Below, in pieces: positions 15,250 to 33,275 of a DNA stretch of 64,000 nucleotides. Origin of the DNA: the human T2T-CHM13v2.0 reference genome, Homo sapiens; the NCBI RefSeq assembly GCF_009914755.1, contig NC_060947.1. One strand, given 5' to 3'. The position numbers were made by a program, and so were the translations under genes. Each line of letters begins with the position of its first letter. Position 1 is the first letter of the stretch. The notes beneath the pieces are model-generated. The model worked only from the letters and a program-made list of their open reading frames with translations, was not told the DNA's origin and did not search any database.

Positions 15250-16860
15250 CTAGAGAAGCTCTTTGTACCAGGGGTTAAAATAAGACTGAGAGGTGCTTGT
15301 TCTTGCCCTTGCCCTTGCCCTAGTCCTTGTACTGTAGGATCCCTTTGTTGGGTAGGTTGGCAAGGTTGTGGCTGTGACAGCACAGAAGGAAGAGATGTCC
15401 CCCTTCTCATGAGGGAGAGAGGGGCACTCACTCTTCCAATGACCCTCTTGTTTGCAATGAGGACAGGGTCTAGGGGACAGCTTGTAACCCAGAGGTTTGG
15501 GACATTCTTTACTCCAGTGTCCTGGATTTCTACAGCAATGCCAGGCCCCCATTCTTTTAGTATTATAGGGACGAGCCTTGGGGTTATTAGCTAACAAAAA
15601 AGAATGTGCCAATGCTGTTGCCGTGTATTTAGCTTGGCAACAGCATTTTTTTCTCCTCTAATTGAGCCTTTTTTATTTTTGGTGTTTCCTCCTGGTTATT
15701 AAAAACCTAAAGTCTGTATTTAATAAAGTAGGAAAGGGAGTTTGTGGGTCTTGCTCTAACTTTTGGAGTTTTCGTCTGATGTGTAGGGAAGCCTGACAAA
15801 ATGGATTGGCCCTCAGGGCTTTTGGAGTCTAAATTTGTATATTTATGCATGGCCTCCACCAGTCTAGCTTGGAAAAGGGCAGGATTGTCAGATGGCTCCT
15901 GAGTGATTTCTTGTAATTTAGAAAAATTAACAGATTTTATTACAGCCTTTCTCATTCCTTCCAAGAAACAATTTATCATATAGTCTCATCTGCCCCTGCC
16001 TCTGTTTGGGCTGGCATCAGCAGCCTGGTATTGCAAATTGGGTTGTGTGTTGGGGACAGCTTCTGCACCAGCTCTATCATCATTAGGATTATAAGCATGA
16101 GCGTCATCTGCCCAAGCTGGAACTAAAGACCATATGTGTGATTTTTCTTCATGGAAGCAGCAAGTAGTTAATACCACAAATATGTCTTGCCAGGTTAAAT
16201 GAAAGACAATAGTTAAAGCCCCCAATTCTTGAATGAACTTAGAGGGATCCTGGCTAAATGAACCTAACTTGGATTGAATTTGCAAAAAATCAAACACTGG
16301 AAAAGGAACATAAACTCGAATTGTTCCCAAATCTTCATTTGCCACCTCGTGGAGAGACAAAACTATACTAGTGGTATATGTGACTCCTGTGTGAGTATGT
16401 GAGAGTGATAAAGTGTCTAGATATGGAAGGGGTGTTGATTAGCAGATGGAGGGGGTGTAGGTGAAGTGGGAGCAGGCTGAGGAGAGTGTGATAGGCAAAA
16501 GGAAGGATCATCTAAGACATAGAATCAGGGAGGGAGGAAGTTCCTTGGAAACATATGCGACAATTTTTATGTTATTTTGGGTTTTGGGATAAAGCCAAAA
16601 AGACCTGAACATTTGGGACCTCTGAATCCTTTCCAAGGTTCTGGCAAAATGAATCTAGTTGTAAAATAATGTTCCCGTCCAGGGTTGGTTTAATTAAGAG
16701 GCCAATTTAAATTATCGGGAAGCTTATATTGAACCCAAGCTGTATTACAAAAGAAAATCATACACTTCTTTTTGAGAGTGTGTGGGTCAAAATGGGACTA
16801 GTTTTTAAGTATGCAACCCAAGGGCGAGTCGAGTGGAATTGAAGAATGAATTGAACCCAT
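15250..16860 (-). pseudogene. gag remnant (MA/CA/NC), frameshifted
   Basis: ORF fragments: CA N-terminal VYVPF...LGSFSQDPSKFI (15986-16360), major homology region ITQEPSDNPALFQARL (15707-15979), and zinc knuckles HCCRNPGHWSKEC (degenerate) and CPHCKQEGHWKSEC (15250-15612). Confidence 0.85.
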
Positions 16861-17306
16861 ATTGGATTTTGGTAAAGGACTACAAGATCCCTGGGGCAAC
16901 CCTGAGGGATTTGGACCTCCCTTTTTCCATTGGCTTGCTCTATTCAGTGATGTTCCACCATGGATATAGGGCCTGCCCTTGCCTGGATGACCAGTCCAAG
17001 AGTGCCCTTGTTTGAGTGGTCAGCTCAAACCTAACGTGAAGGAGAACTCACCCATAACTTGGGATGAGGTGCTTGTGATGAAGGTGAATCCAAAATTGGG
17101 TCCACAACCAGTAGAGTGTGTCTGCGCAGAGTTGAGATTGCTGCTGCTCGTTTCCAAGTCACGGTTTACAGAGTGTTAAGTGAAAGTGGACTTGCCATCC
17201 TGACGGGCAATAGGGAATTCACTCTTTTGTCTTGGCCTTCCCGTAACACCAGGGAGTGCCCTCAGCCAGAAACCCTCAATTACCAAAGAATACTTAAGCT
17301 GATTAG

Positions 17307-17940
<634 letters not shown>

Positions 17941-18140
17941 TAGAAAGAAAGAACACTGTAGAAGAGTGCAGCGGGGTGCCTCAGCAAGACGGGACTGACA
18001 GCGTCGTGGTGGATTTTTTCCTCAGGGATATTTATGGACCTTAAAGCAGGAGCTTAAGGGTACTTGGGAGCATATTGGCCACATAGGTCATGATAAATGA
18101 TTACATCTGTAGATATTTTGGTGCCTTAATGTCAGCAATG

Positions 18141-18322
18141 CCTGTGATTTTTGTTGTTGACAGGTACGGCTAATACTACAGTGGTTTGTTACCTACATTC
18201 ATAGTAAAAAAATATTAATTTCAGTTAGAAGTTAGCAAAAATGAGTATGTAATTTTTTTTTCCTTTTCAAGATCACAGATCCTCCTGAATTCTATTAGTT
18301 GACTTCAAGTTGAGAACTTCTG
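18141..18322. mobile_element. hAT-Charlie-type DNA transposon end fragment
   Basis: TGGTTTGTTACCTACATTCATAG...TTTCAGTTAGAAGTTAG...GTTGAGAACTTCTG resembles a Charlie/MER terminus. Subfamily uncertain. Confidence 0.4.
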
Positions 18323-18932
18323 GTCTAAAAATCTGTGGTTTTATTGTATACCTCCAACACTGGATCTGCTAGTGTGTCCTGAGAAAACTCCCATTAAATA
18401 GCAAACTACATGCTCAGAGACAATTGCCAATCTTCACATATCCCTCACCTCTTCAAGTCATAGAGAACTGGTCAGGAGCATATGCAGGGCCTGGCATCTC
18501 TGCCACTTGCATAGTATCTGTTTGTGTCTTTTTATCCTTAAATCTCTCTTTTGTCCTGTCCCTGATGACCTTAGGGCATGTTCTTTTTTCTTTTTACTTT
18601 TTTTTTTTTTCAGTAATTATGGTTTCAGTTTTTATTTCCCTCTAGGGAAAACCTTTAAAAGTTTTATTTTAATGTATCACAGATGTAAACTGGAGGGATT
18701 TCCACAAACATGAGTGCTCTACACTTGTAGTAAGAGTTGTTAGCTCCAAATTTTTATTCCAAACAAACATGAAAACAATTGAAAATAATGAGACGCTAAC
18801 TCATGCTCATATTTATCAATCTAAGTGGTGCTAAAGAACTTTCATCCCCATGCAAAGGACTTTGGTAACTGATAACAACTGACCGATAACAGATGTCACG
18901 TCCCACTTTATCTTTTTAAACATTCTTTTTGA

Positions 18933-19344
<412 letters not shown>

Positions 19345-21344
19345 TAGAAAGTGGACACAGATCCAGAGCCTTGCTTATCAGCTGCTGTAGTAGGTCATGT
19401 TGACATGGTCGACCATCAATCAGGATCCTAATAAGAAACACATGACAAACTCAGCTGAGATTTTTGTATAGAGTTTTAAAGATGGGAATATTCACAAAAG
19501 TATGAGCTGGGTTAAGAAAACTGACAAGGGATATTGAAGCATCCAGGGACTAGTCATGATGGGAAGCCACTACTTGACCTGACAGGATATGGGGAGGAAA
19601 AGGTGTTAGGGTATCCCAGCTGAGAGCTGGAGCTGTGGACAATGACAGGACAGAAGCTATAGTTAGAAAGGGGCAATCATGGCCATGTCTCAGCTGTGGA
19701 AGATGGGGTGAGGAAAGATGGTGACAGTGATGAAATAAATACCATGACTGTTCTCTCCTGCCCTTTAGTCTCTTGTCAATCCCCACTCCAATGCCCCAAC
19801 CCAACCAGAAGCTAAAAGGCAGGGGCACCCAGGTGATGCATTCCATGGGGGTCAGAGCAGGACAGAGAAAGGTGGAAAATCAATGTGGAGGAGAGAGAAA
19901 CAGAGAATAACCAGTACCTTCCCTCCACACTTTTGAACAGTGTTTTTACAAAAATAGGGTGAGGAAATTGAAGGCAGTAATCTGGTTTAAAATTCAAGTC
20001 CCTCTTAAGATGATGCTTTTAAGGAAGGTCTTGTCTGCCTAGCATTCCATATTGATCAAATTGTGTAGATAATTGTTTGTTTACCTTACCATTTTACTTT
20101 GCCTTCCTGGTCCCAGTCAGTGGGAATGCCTAGAGCTGCATCTCTTAAGTGAGTCTGATTTGAACTTAATTGCTTATCTGCTGAAAGAAGGGCACTGCCT
20201 GGTTTTTTAAAAATCATTCTTGTTCAAATTGTGTCTTGAAATATTGAAAGTTAAAAGAATGATTTAAAGAGCCTGGACTTAAAATTGCCCAGAGCTGCAT
20301 GATTCAGAGGATTCTCTGACTCTTGTCTATTTAGATGGAAGGAAGAGTAAACACGTTTATAAATGTCAGACATGGCCCCTGTAGGGGCTATTGATGCAGA
20401 CAGCCAGAGCCAGCGTTAAAAAAATTATCCAAAGGGCTTGATTCAATATCACTGCTGACCAGAAGTCTGGGAAAGAACTGAGGTTTAGGTGCTTGAAAGC
20501 CCTAAATTACCCTTATCCTCTGTCCCTGCACATAAGAACTTCTTTAAAGGAGCAGCAGTTCTTGTGGTATGAGCATAGAAGCTTCATCTTCAACTGTTGA
20601 GTAGCTGGGATGCTGTACCTTCCACCCCACCACAATACATCCAATACCTTGCTCTGAGCTTAAGTCACCTGTCACTTATTAAGGAACTAAACAACATACA
20701 TTTATACTTCTTGAATCGGGGAGGGTCCTCTGAGGATTTAATTAGGTCCACATATATCATATCTCAGTGATACCATCACTAGTTATCACCATGATAATCA
20801 GTGAAGCCCCTTCCCATAATGGAATGGGTTATACTTCAAAGTATTATTCTGCTTGTTTTCAATGTTCTCCCCTGCTCCCTCTTCTCTCTCACTGATATAC
20901 GATGGTTCAATTTCACTCTTCCAGTCTACATTGAAGTTGAAATAAAGTTACACAGAAAACATAAAAGAAACTTTTAAATCTATGTGTCAAATGGAAATTC
21001 AAATGGAAGAGGAAGGACACAAGGATGGGCGGAATGAACTTTCTGTCATGAAAACCAAAGAGCCAAATAAAAGGGATTCAGTAGGGGCTGTTGTTGAATG
21101 CAGATTCCCCTTCCTCCACCCATGCCAACTCACAGCATGTAGACAGGCCACCTTTCAATAATATTGGATATTTGTAAGTCTTCTCCACTCACACCCACCT
21201 CTGACCAAAAGGTGGAGATGGGAGGCATGAAAGGAGAACCTCAGCCCCTGGTAAGGTAGAACTGAACAGGGCCAATTGGGAGTATCCTCCTTGGGCAGGG
21301 CAACAGTAGACACACATTTACTGTTCTACATTCATTTAAAGAAC

Positions 21345-21730
21345 TGTATCAGAAGGATTAAGTTCAGCTGCTTTTGACAGAAAACCCCAAATAATAGTGA
21401 CTTCAACCAAAAGAAGCATATCTGTCATATAAAAATGTCTAGCAATGTACATACTCCTTCTAATTATTCTGCCAGCTTTCTTCTATCTCTTTGTCTCAGG
21501 TGGCAATGAAAAGAGGAAGGAAAGAAGAGAGAACAATCTTTCCCTTTAAGAAAACTTTGTGGGAGTTTCACATGACATTTCCAATTATATCTGTTGACCA
21601 GAACTTAGTCACACTTAACTGGAAGGGAGGCTAGGAAATTATGGTCTTTATTCTGAGCAGCAAAACTGTGGTTCCATTTCTAAGGAAGAAAGAGAAAACA
21701 GATACTGGGGGATAACTGTCTCTTCCACAG
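21345..21730. mobile_element. Old MaLR LTR (MLT1-like)
   Basis: TGTATCAG...CAGAAAACCCCAAATAATAGTGACTT and GAACTTAGTCACA...GGGAGGCTAGGAAAT motifs. Confidence 0.45.
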
Positions 21731-22005
21731 AGATAATCACAGTGATCTTTCATTTACAATGAAGTAGAAGATTGCGGGGAGAAAGACAGATGAAAGAACA
21801 GAAATAATGCTCAGATTCTTGGTAGTTATGCTTTTTAAGAGTAGAAGTATACTAAGAAAATTGGTGCCTCATAATGTGGCAACAGACAAATAAAAGGTAA
21901 TTTTAACATATCTGTACTACATGCAATAGAAGATATAATGCCCACAGGAGGACCAGAGGCTAGACATTTATTCAGGACTGGAGACTGGACAAAAAGGGCT
22001 GCTGT

Positions 22006-22456
22006 CAGGGCCTGCTACATAATTTGCATGGGCCAGTGCAAAATGAAAGTTCAGAACTCCTTACTCAAAAAAAGGCATGCTGGCAGGGTGTGGTGGCACA
22101 CACCTATACTCCCAGCTACTCAGCAGGCTGAGGCAGGGGGATTGCTTGAGCACAGGAATTTGAGGCCAGCCTGAGAAACATAGTGAGCCCCTTATCTCTT
22201 TTAAAAAAAAAATCCTAACACTATGCAAATAGAGCAACAATGGGATGACAAGGAACAGAGGACATGCATATTACGTGGATCTCCTCAGCTCATATGCATC
22301 CTCCATTGCCCAGTGAAGTCTCTTTGGGCTTCATTTAAAAAAAGCAAGTTCAAAGGTAAAATCATTAAGCATTTCAAGACAGAAACAGCAGGGCATTAAA
22401 CCTAGGGCAAGACCCTTCTAAGAAAGGGGCCCTATATGCCCACGAAGCCAGCCCTG
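22006..22456. mobile_element. MER45-like hAT DNA transposon with an Alu monomer inserted at about 22080-22212
   Basis: Terminal inverted repeats CAGGGCCTGCT...AGCCAGCCCTG. The 8-bp flanks GCTGCTGT/GGTGCTAT match at 6 of 8 positions, consistent with a hAT TSD. Confidence 0.65.
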
Positions 22457-23046
22457 GGTGCTATAACAGGCATGGACATGCATCACTCATATCCTTCAAG
22501 AAGGCTCCTGCACAGATGTGAGAAGTGTGGCTAGCTGACAGCCCCTTGCTGTGATTTTCTTCAGGATCTGCCTCAGCTTTAGTGTTAACTTCACAATATT
22601 CTTGGGGAAACACAAGCCAATGACTAAACAAAACAGTCTTCATAGGAAAACCCGCAGTGAATGACTAAGCAAGGCAGTGGTATGGAGCTAGACATTTATT
22701 CCAGTTGAGTAACTCCGGGCTTCTCTGAGAAGTATCTTTCACTGGGAACTCCCACTTGGCTGGCAGAGACTTTCCAGATCTGCATCTGGATAGCCCTCTT
22801 CTGACGTTTCCTTTCAGAAAGAGAGATAAAGTTTATTTTTTGTTTGTATGAAGATGAATTTCTTTTGCCTTCACAATTGAATAACAACTTACCTTGGTAA
22901 AGGATTTTTGGCTCAAAATAACTTTTCCTCTGAACCGTTTCTCCCCAGTGCCTAATATTGAGCAAATGTCAAGCCTAGAGAACAGTTAAAAGAATATTTT
23001 GACCAACACCAACATAGTCTTGACCTGGACTCACCAATTGTCATAG

Positions 23047-23380
<334 letters not shown>

Positions 23381-23480
23381 TTGTGTTTTTTAATAAATTA
23401 TTTAAAAATAAGTTGAAGCACTCATGACATTTCACCTCAAAGAACTTCAGCCTGCATCTTCTAGGAATAAGAACATTCTT

Positions 23481-23797
<317 letters not shown>

Positions 23798-24104
23798 CTA
23801 TTATCACATGTAGTAAAATTAACACTAATCAATAATATCATCTAATATGCAGTCCATATTTAAATTTCCTCCATTGTCACAATGGCTTTCTAATTTTCCA
23901 AACCAGAATCCAGCCAAGTTTTACAAATAGTCTTTGATCATGCCTCTTTATTCTCTTAATCTTGCACAGTCCCAATACTTTTTAGTTTTTTTCACATTAA
24001 CTTTTATTGAAGGATCCAGGCCAGTTGTCTTGTAAAACAGCCTGTATCTGAATTTGTTGGATTGTTCTCTCATGATTGGATTCAAGTTAAGCATTTTTTG
24101 GTAA

Positions 24105-24477
<373 letters not shown>

Positions 24478-25504
24478 TGATGATTGATTATCTTAAGTTT
24501 GATCATTTGGCTTAGGTGGTAACTGCCAGATCTCTTACCTGTAAAGGATTGTTTTTCCCTTTATAATTAATAAAATAATCTGTAGGGTGATACTTGGAGA
24601 CCTTGTGAATGAACAATTTCCTAATAATCTTTCACTCCTGGTTTTTAGCATCTGCTGAGATGCTTGAATTGATTACTACAAGAGTTCAAAGTGGTCGTTT
24701 TTAATAATGCCTTCTACATTTACTACCTGATATTTTTCTGTAAAGAAAAACTTTCCTTTTTAACATCTTTCTCCTTATGTTTTATTAACTTATTTATTTT
24801 GGTATAACACAATGGGCTGATGGATTTTCTATTAATGTTTTATTATTGTCATCATTTTTTGATGCTCAAATTGTTCCAACTTCAGGCAACATTACTTATA
24901 GCAAAAAAGTGCCTCTGACTGGTAAATAGCATCTGGACTGGTAGACTTCATAAATAAACTCTAAATGCTCAATGCAAATACCATAATTTTGGGCTTCCTT
25001 TAGTGTGGTAACTGTTATAATTGGCTATGTCCCATGTGAGGGATCCTAGAAACTATGCCTGTGTAATTATTACAAAAGTTATTGGCTCCTATGGGGCATA
25101 AGGCTGCTAAATCAGGCTAAGTTCCACTGTTGTCTGAAGTGAAACTTGTTCCCTTGTACGTAAACTACCACTTGGGAAACTAATGAGAATAGCCGCAGGA
25201 TAGCTAGTCTGACTGCTCTTTGATCTGCTGTAAGAACACCCATGGAAGGTAAACGCTCCATGCTGTCCTGCTGGCAAGCTGTGGTTTGTTGTATCCCTTT
25301 GAGTGTACTGATGCCAAATACAGTCCATGGTAGTTTTGTGAGTCTGAAGGTTTAGTTGGACCCATGAAGAATCCCTAATGGGAGTTGCACTATTTAAAAA
25401 AGAATACTCAGAGAAACTTCACTTCCATTCCTACTCCTTCCATCCCATTTTCATTCATTTCTCCATATACGATTTATCCTTCCTATATATTTTTGAAAAT
25501 ATAA

Positions 25505-25985
<481 letters not shown>

Positions 25986-27314
25986 TAATGACTGAATAGT
26001 GTTTCATTGTGTAGACTTATCAGTGTTTATGCAAATGGTCCTCTATAGATGGGCATGTAAATTGTTTTGAATATTTTGCTATTCAAAATAATTCCACAAT
26101 AGATAACCTTGGGCATATTTTTTCACTGTTTGTGGAAGTGTATTATTAAGGTAAATTCCTAGGAGGATTGCTGGGTCAAGGGGTAAATGCATAGGTATTT
26201 TGTTAGATATTACCAAATTCCTCACTATCAGAGGCTGTACCATTTGTACTTGAGCCAGCAATGTATGAGAATGCCATATGTGTCTATAGACCAAGAATAG
26301 CATTTTTGGCCCAGGGCAGTGGTTCACACTGTGAAATAGTGAGGAAATCATAAGGAGAAAATGCATTGAGATATACATGGCATAAATGAAAAGTGAGTTG
26401 GCTGAAATAAGAACTTAAAGTAAAAAACAAAACAAAACCTAAAATGAAATGACAGTTAAAATCTGCATTAGAAGCAGTACAAATAGAATTAGAACTTCAG
26501 AAAATTAAATCAGTAATGTGAAGGATAAATTTGATTAGCTCTCAAAATTCAGAGGAAAAGGACAAAGATGACAACAATGATAAAGGACATAGAAAGGTGA
26601 TCCAACAAGATAACTATAGGTGTTTCTGAGGAAGAAACCAAATATTTAAAACAGATAAAATAATCCAAGTTATAGTAGAGAAAAACTCCTTGCCCAGGAA
26701 TGAACAAAAACCCCAAATTAAAAACCCACAGATTGAAAGGATTTATGATACTACACACACGCAAATAGACACACACAGACACACACACAGACTCTTATTA
26801 TCCTCACAAATTTGTTTAATTTCAGGGATAAATGAAACAATTTCTCAAGAGTATTCTGTAAACGAAGACTTATTTTAAAAGATGTGAGGGCTGCCAAATA
26901 GAAATTTTTCAAATTGATGTCTAGGAAATATCATCACAATTAAGTTAACCAGTCATTTCATTGATGAAATGATTTTGAAATTTATTTAAATATATAAGAA
27001 TATATTAATAAAAGGACTATGTAAGAATATTGCTAAGAATTTGTTAAAAAAACTATTGGGAAGGGACTAATCTTTCTATCTGATAAAATCTAATAAGGCA
27101 ACAATAAGTAAATCAATGTGACATTGATGGTAATGTGGCAAAAATAAGCAGGTCAATATAACACAAGAGACGGTTCAAAAGCATATCACTGTTTATGTTA
27201 CATGAGGTAAAACAAATCAGTGGAGAATGGAAGGATTTTTCGACAGACAGTTCTCTTATGATTGGTTAGCTATTTGTGTGGGGGAGCAGAGAATCCATTT
27301 AGGTCCTCACCTTA

Positions 27315-27692
<378 letters not shown>

Positions 27693-27813
27693 TCAAAAAA
27701 CTATTATAAAAGAAAACAGATTTTTTCCTTCAAATCTTTGAAAGACAAAGCCCTTCCAAGTTGAAAAACAATGGAAGAAATCACTAAATAATAGATATAA
27801 CCACATAAATTTA

Positions 27814-28811
<998 letters not shown>

Positions 28812-29409
28812 TTATGCATATCTAAAATGTCATAAACAGCACTAAAATACAAATTGGAGTAAACTCTCTTCAGTGAAAATAGCAAGCAAGGGGTTACTAT
28901 CTTTTATAAAGCACTTTCAGAAATCAACTGCAGAAAGGCATGAAGTGATCATTCACAACAGAAGAGATGGAAATGGCTATAATACATTTTTGAAAGATGT
29001 ATTTCACCAGTAAGCAAATAAATGCTAATTTAAATAGCAACGCCATGCTGATTTTTCACCTTTCAAGTTAAGAAAGGTTAAAAGTGAACTTGTTTATTGT
29101 CGGAGTGGGTATAGTAAGAAGATAGCCATTCTTAGGCATTACTAATGAAGTATAAATTTGTATAATCTTTTGGGGAAGTAATTTGGTAACTTCAATCAAA
29201 GAGCTTAAAAATGCTCCTACTTTCTTACCTCATAATCCTGTTTTAGGATTCTATCTCAAGGAAATTGTAAAAACTACATACAATATTTTATGCACAAAAT
29301 GTTCGTCTCCATGTTATGTATTATATTAAAAATTGGAAAGTACTAAACGCTTAATGTTAGAGGGTAATGATTAAGTAGACTAGAGTAGGCAATTGAACAT
29401 AGAGAGTGA

Positions 29410-29442
<33 letters not shown>

Positions 29443-30789
29443 ATATATAATGTAGTTTTTTAAAAATTAAAATGTGAATATGTATTGAGTAATTCTTACA
29501 TGTCTGGTACTACCCTAAATGTTTTAATGCATTTGCTCACTTAACCCTCGCTTCAGCTGTGCTAGATATCTTCATTTTGCTTCTCCGGGTGCTACTACCA
29601 CACTTCTCTACTCTGTTCTGGCCCCTGAAGGCTGACCTGTGTCAACTAAGGGAAAAAAATGAAGCTTTTAAAGAATTACAGTTAATTTTATACAGAAGTC
29701 TTACTGGAGACTATAGACCAAGGCTTATAGCTCGGGAGCAGTTCCATCAGACGGCTCGGGCACAGTATTTCAGCCCATTGCTTATAGACAAGCGTGGGAG
29801 TTCAGTACCTGCAAAATTGCATCAAACCTGCTTGGAAGTTACAATGAAGCAGAATCACATCTAGATTTGGGTGTAAGAGTACATCTGGCAACAGATTACG
29901 GAAGCATAATCACCAACCCCATCAGACGTTACCTTATGTGTAGGGAAAGGCAAGGACTAGGGTCATTTATCTTCTAAGGAATATAGTGACTCAGACAAGA
30001 AACATGGGGGGCCGTGTGCTCTACCCTGTTGTGTCTTCAAAGCATCCTTCTGGTGAGCTGCATATCTTCACAGAGTCAGAGGCTTTGTGAAATTACGCTG
30101 GCAAGCAGAAATGAGCAAACATGGCTTCTTGGCACTTGCTATTTTGTCTCACACCTGTATGGACTGCATCACCAAGAGTCTCCCTTGTTTTCTAGCTTCT
30201 GGTTGGGTTAGGTCTATGCAGAGGACCAGCAGGAGACTGGAGGGAGGGAGATTACGTATTTATTCTCCCAGCTTCCTACCTGCGGGTTTCCTGTGGGCTG
30301 GCTGTCTCCCTGAACTAAAGGCCACACCTTGTGTCAGGCAGCCCTTTCCTAACAGCATTGTCACTAAATTTCTGGTGACTGCTTTCTCCCACTACCTGTT
30401 CAGAGTGATACCTTCTTGCTGTTACCAACCCAGAGTACTGCACGATTCCTTACGGCTTCTCTCCATCTTGCCCACATCTTTGAAAATAGTTCATTGATGA
30501 TACGCTCTTGAAATTACTTAATTTGAGTTTGCTGTTTCCTGCTAGAACCCTGACTGATTCAACAACTTATAGGATTCTACGATTCTACGGCTGGGACAAC
30601 ACGCAGAGAGAAGTCTAGTAATTTGCCTAAGGTCACACAAGGGAGGAAATAATACTTATGGAATGTTTCACAGTCATTCTTTTATTTGTTTATTTAAAAT
30701 GAACTTTTATTGTTTTCATACAACACAAATAAAATGAAGAGAGAAAATACTCATATTTCTACTCATCGATTTCCATCCTTTATTTAATG

Positions 30790-31625
30790 AAACTTCCACA
30801 TTTTCATCTCCATCCAAACTCTTGCTTTGAGTCTCAGGCTTTATGTTCCGTTGCCTACTCTATAACATTCATCTGGATGTCTCAAAGGTACTTGAAACTC
30901 ATCATGTCCAAAAACATGCTCATGGTCTTCCAAATTCTAGCTACAACCAAGTCCTGTCAACCTTATATGTAAATGTCTCTAAGATAGCCACATGTCTCCA
31001 GCTCCACTGCCACCACCTACCTCAGTCTAAGACACTTTCACCTCATTCTTTAAAGAATTCCTAACTTTGGTCTACCGGTACCTATCTACTCTTGCCCGAT
31101 TATGCACATGGCAGGCAGATAGACCTCTCCAAGTTGCAATCTAGGTATATTGCGACTTGCCTAAAGTCTTGCAGTGGCTTTTGTTGCTCTTAGGATCGAG
31201 GCCAAGGATGCTACCTTGGCCCAGTCGGCCTCAGCAGCCTTGTCTCCCCCTTGCCCAGAGCTCCACAGAGTAACTTTTAGTTGCCTTAATGAACTATGCT
31301 TTTTTTCTACCACAGGGCCTTTGCACACATTGTTTCTTCTTTCTAAAACATTTTTACACTCTCTGTCCCAAAGTTAATCTCCAGAGGGGTCAGGACTCAG
31401 GACACCCTAACACTTTCTTATCCATGTGGATCTTTCTAATATAACATTTGTCAGAGTTTGTATTTACACATCAGATAGACAGTTGTCTATGTCCTCTATT
31501 AACTCATCCACTAGACTGTGTGTTCGATGATGATGGTCTCTGTCTTGTGTTGCCTGTGTATCCCAGTACCATGCCCTGTGCCTAGCACATACTGTGAAAT
31601 CAAGTATTTGAACGAAAATAAATGA
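30790..31625 (+). mobile_element. L2 3' fragment
   Basis: CATCTGGATGTCTCAAAGGTACTTGAAACTCATCATGTCCAAAA, CAGGGCCTTTGCACA and the terminal GTGCCTAGCACAT...TTTGAACGAAAATAAATGAA motifs. Confidence 0.65.
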
Positions 31626-31960
31626 AAACAATGAGAATAAGGAGAAAGGTGGACAGAATCACATTAGAAAGAGCTGATTTCTTCATATCTAGTTTTTCTT
31701 CTCTCTATGCTCAAAGTCTACCAAGATAAAAATGATTTCAATTTAGTCATAAGTCTCAAGTCCTTTTCTAGGAAGTAAAAGTTATTGAAACAGGATGAAG
31801 AAAAGACTAAATCCATATTTCTTTACAGTTTATTCAACAAGATGTTTGATACAGAATGGGGCGAGGGGCAACAGGAGGAATGTTTATAGGTGGGAGCAGA
31901 CATCATTAGCTTCCTCGAGTTCTCATCACTTTCTCTAAATTTACGTCACGATTTCACCTA

Positions 31961-32317
<357 letters not shown>

Positions 32318-32653
32318 TCAGGATAACAAAAAGTGGAAAATTAAGAAAGGGATAAAACTAGCAAACAGAAGGCTGGCTGCACAGTAAAATATGTGCACTA
32401 AATAGCACTCTTTTCAGTAGGATGGGGAAACACATGTTTTCTTATTTCATTTGTTTCTGCACCTTAGCCATCCCTTTGACCTTTTAAAATGCAGTCCCAC
32501 TTAATACATGATAGGTGAGTTATTTTTCTTGCCTACTTGCTTCGATTTGGGTTAAGCGCCTCAGCTTGAAAAACCCCACAGAGAACCAACAATTGCCTGG
32601 TCTCCCCCAAGTGACGGTTCTCGCCCCGCCCCGTCCCGTCTCGCCTCGCCCCG

Positions 32654-32743
32654 CCCCTCCCCGCTCCTCCCCGCCCCTCCCCGCTCCTCCCCGCCCCTCC
32701 CCGCCTCTCCCCGCCCCTCCCCGCCCCTCCCCGCTCCTCCCCG
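32654..32743. repeat. MAOA distal VNTR (dVNTR), 9 decamer units
   Basis: Units CCCCTCCCCG (A), CTCCTCCCCG (B) and CCTCTCCCCG (C) in the order A-B-A-B-A-C-A-A-B, about 530 bp upstream of the uVNTR. Matches the described promoter decamer VNTR. Confidence 0.9.
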
Positions 32744-32799
32744 CCCCGCCCTCAACCTAGTGAGGGCTGGAGGCTGCGCAGACCTCGACGGGCCCTACA

Positions 32800-32807
32800 T
32801 GACGTCA
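32800..32807. promoter_or_regulatory. Perfect CRE palindrome TGACGTCA
   Basis: Exact consensus CREB/ATF site inside the CpG island. Function not shown by sequence alone. Confidence 0.6.
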
Positions 32808-33275
32808 CAAAGGGGCCAGACCAAGTGGGGCAGCACCCTGCGACCCTGCGATCCTGCCTGGCTCAGCCGCCTTCATATATCTGCTTCCTTAAGTCCACTC
32901 TTGCCCAGATAGCTTTCAGTTAAAACTAAAGAATGAAAGCACTAGGTTGAGAGCCCACGCGGCTACACCCACATCTACTCCCCCACTCTCGCCAGGCAAC
33001 CGCGCCCCCCGCCTGCAGTGGCATCGTCCGGCCACGCCCAGTGGCAGGGTTTCCAGCGCGAGCCTGCAGGCAGGCCGGGAAGGCGGAGCCAGGCCGGCCT
33101 AGAGTCACTTCTCCCCGCCCCTGACTGGGCCGGGAGCCCGGGGCTGGTCTCTAAGAGTGGGTACCGAGAACAGCCTGACCGTGGAGAAGGGCTGCGGGAA
33201 GCAGAACACCGCCCCCAGCGCCCAGCGTGCTCCAGAAACATGAGCACAAACGCCTCAGCCTCCTTCCCCGGCGGC

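Noticed and set aside
15079-15594. 171-aa plus-strand ORF
   Set aside because: Antisense shadow of the gag/pol remnant with no recognisable domain.
24890-25390. Apparently non-repetitive 500-bp segment between L1M relics
   Set aside because: No convincing ORF, splice pattern or recognisable family. It cannot be assigned without a database search.
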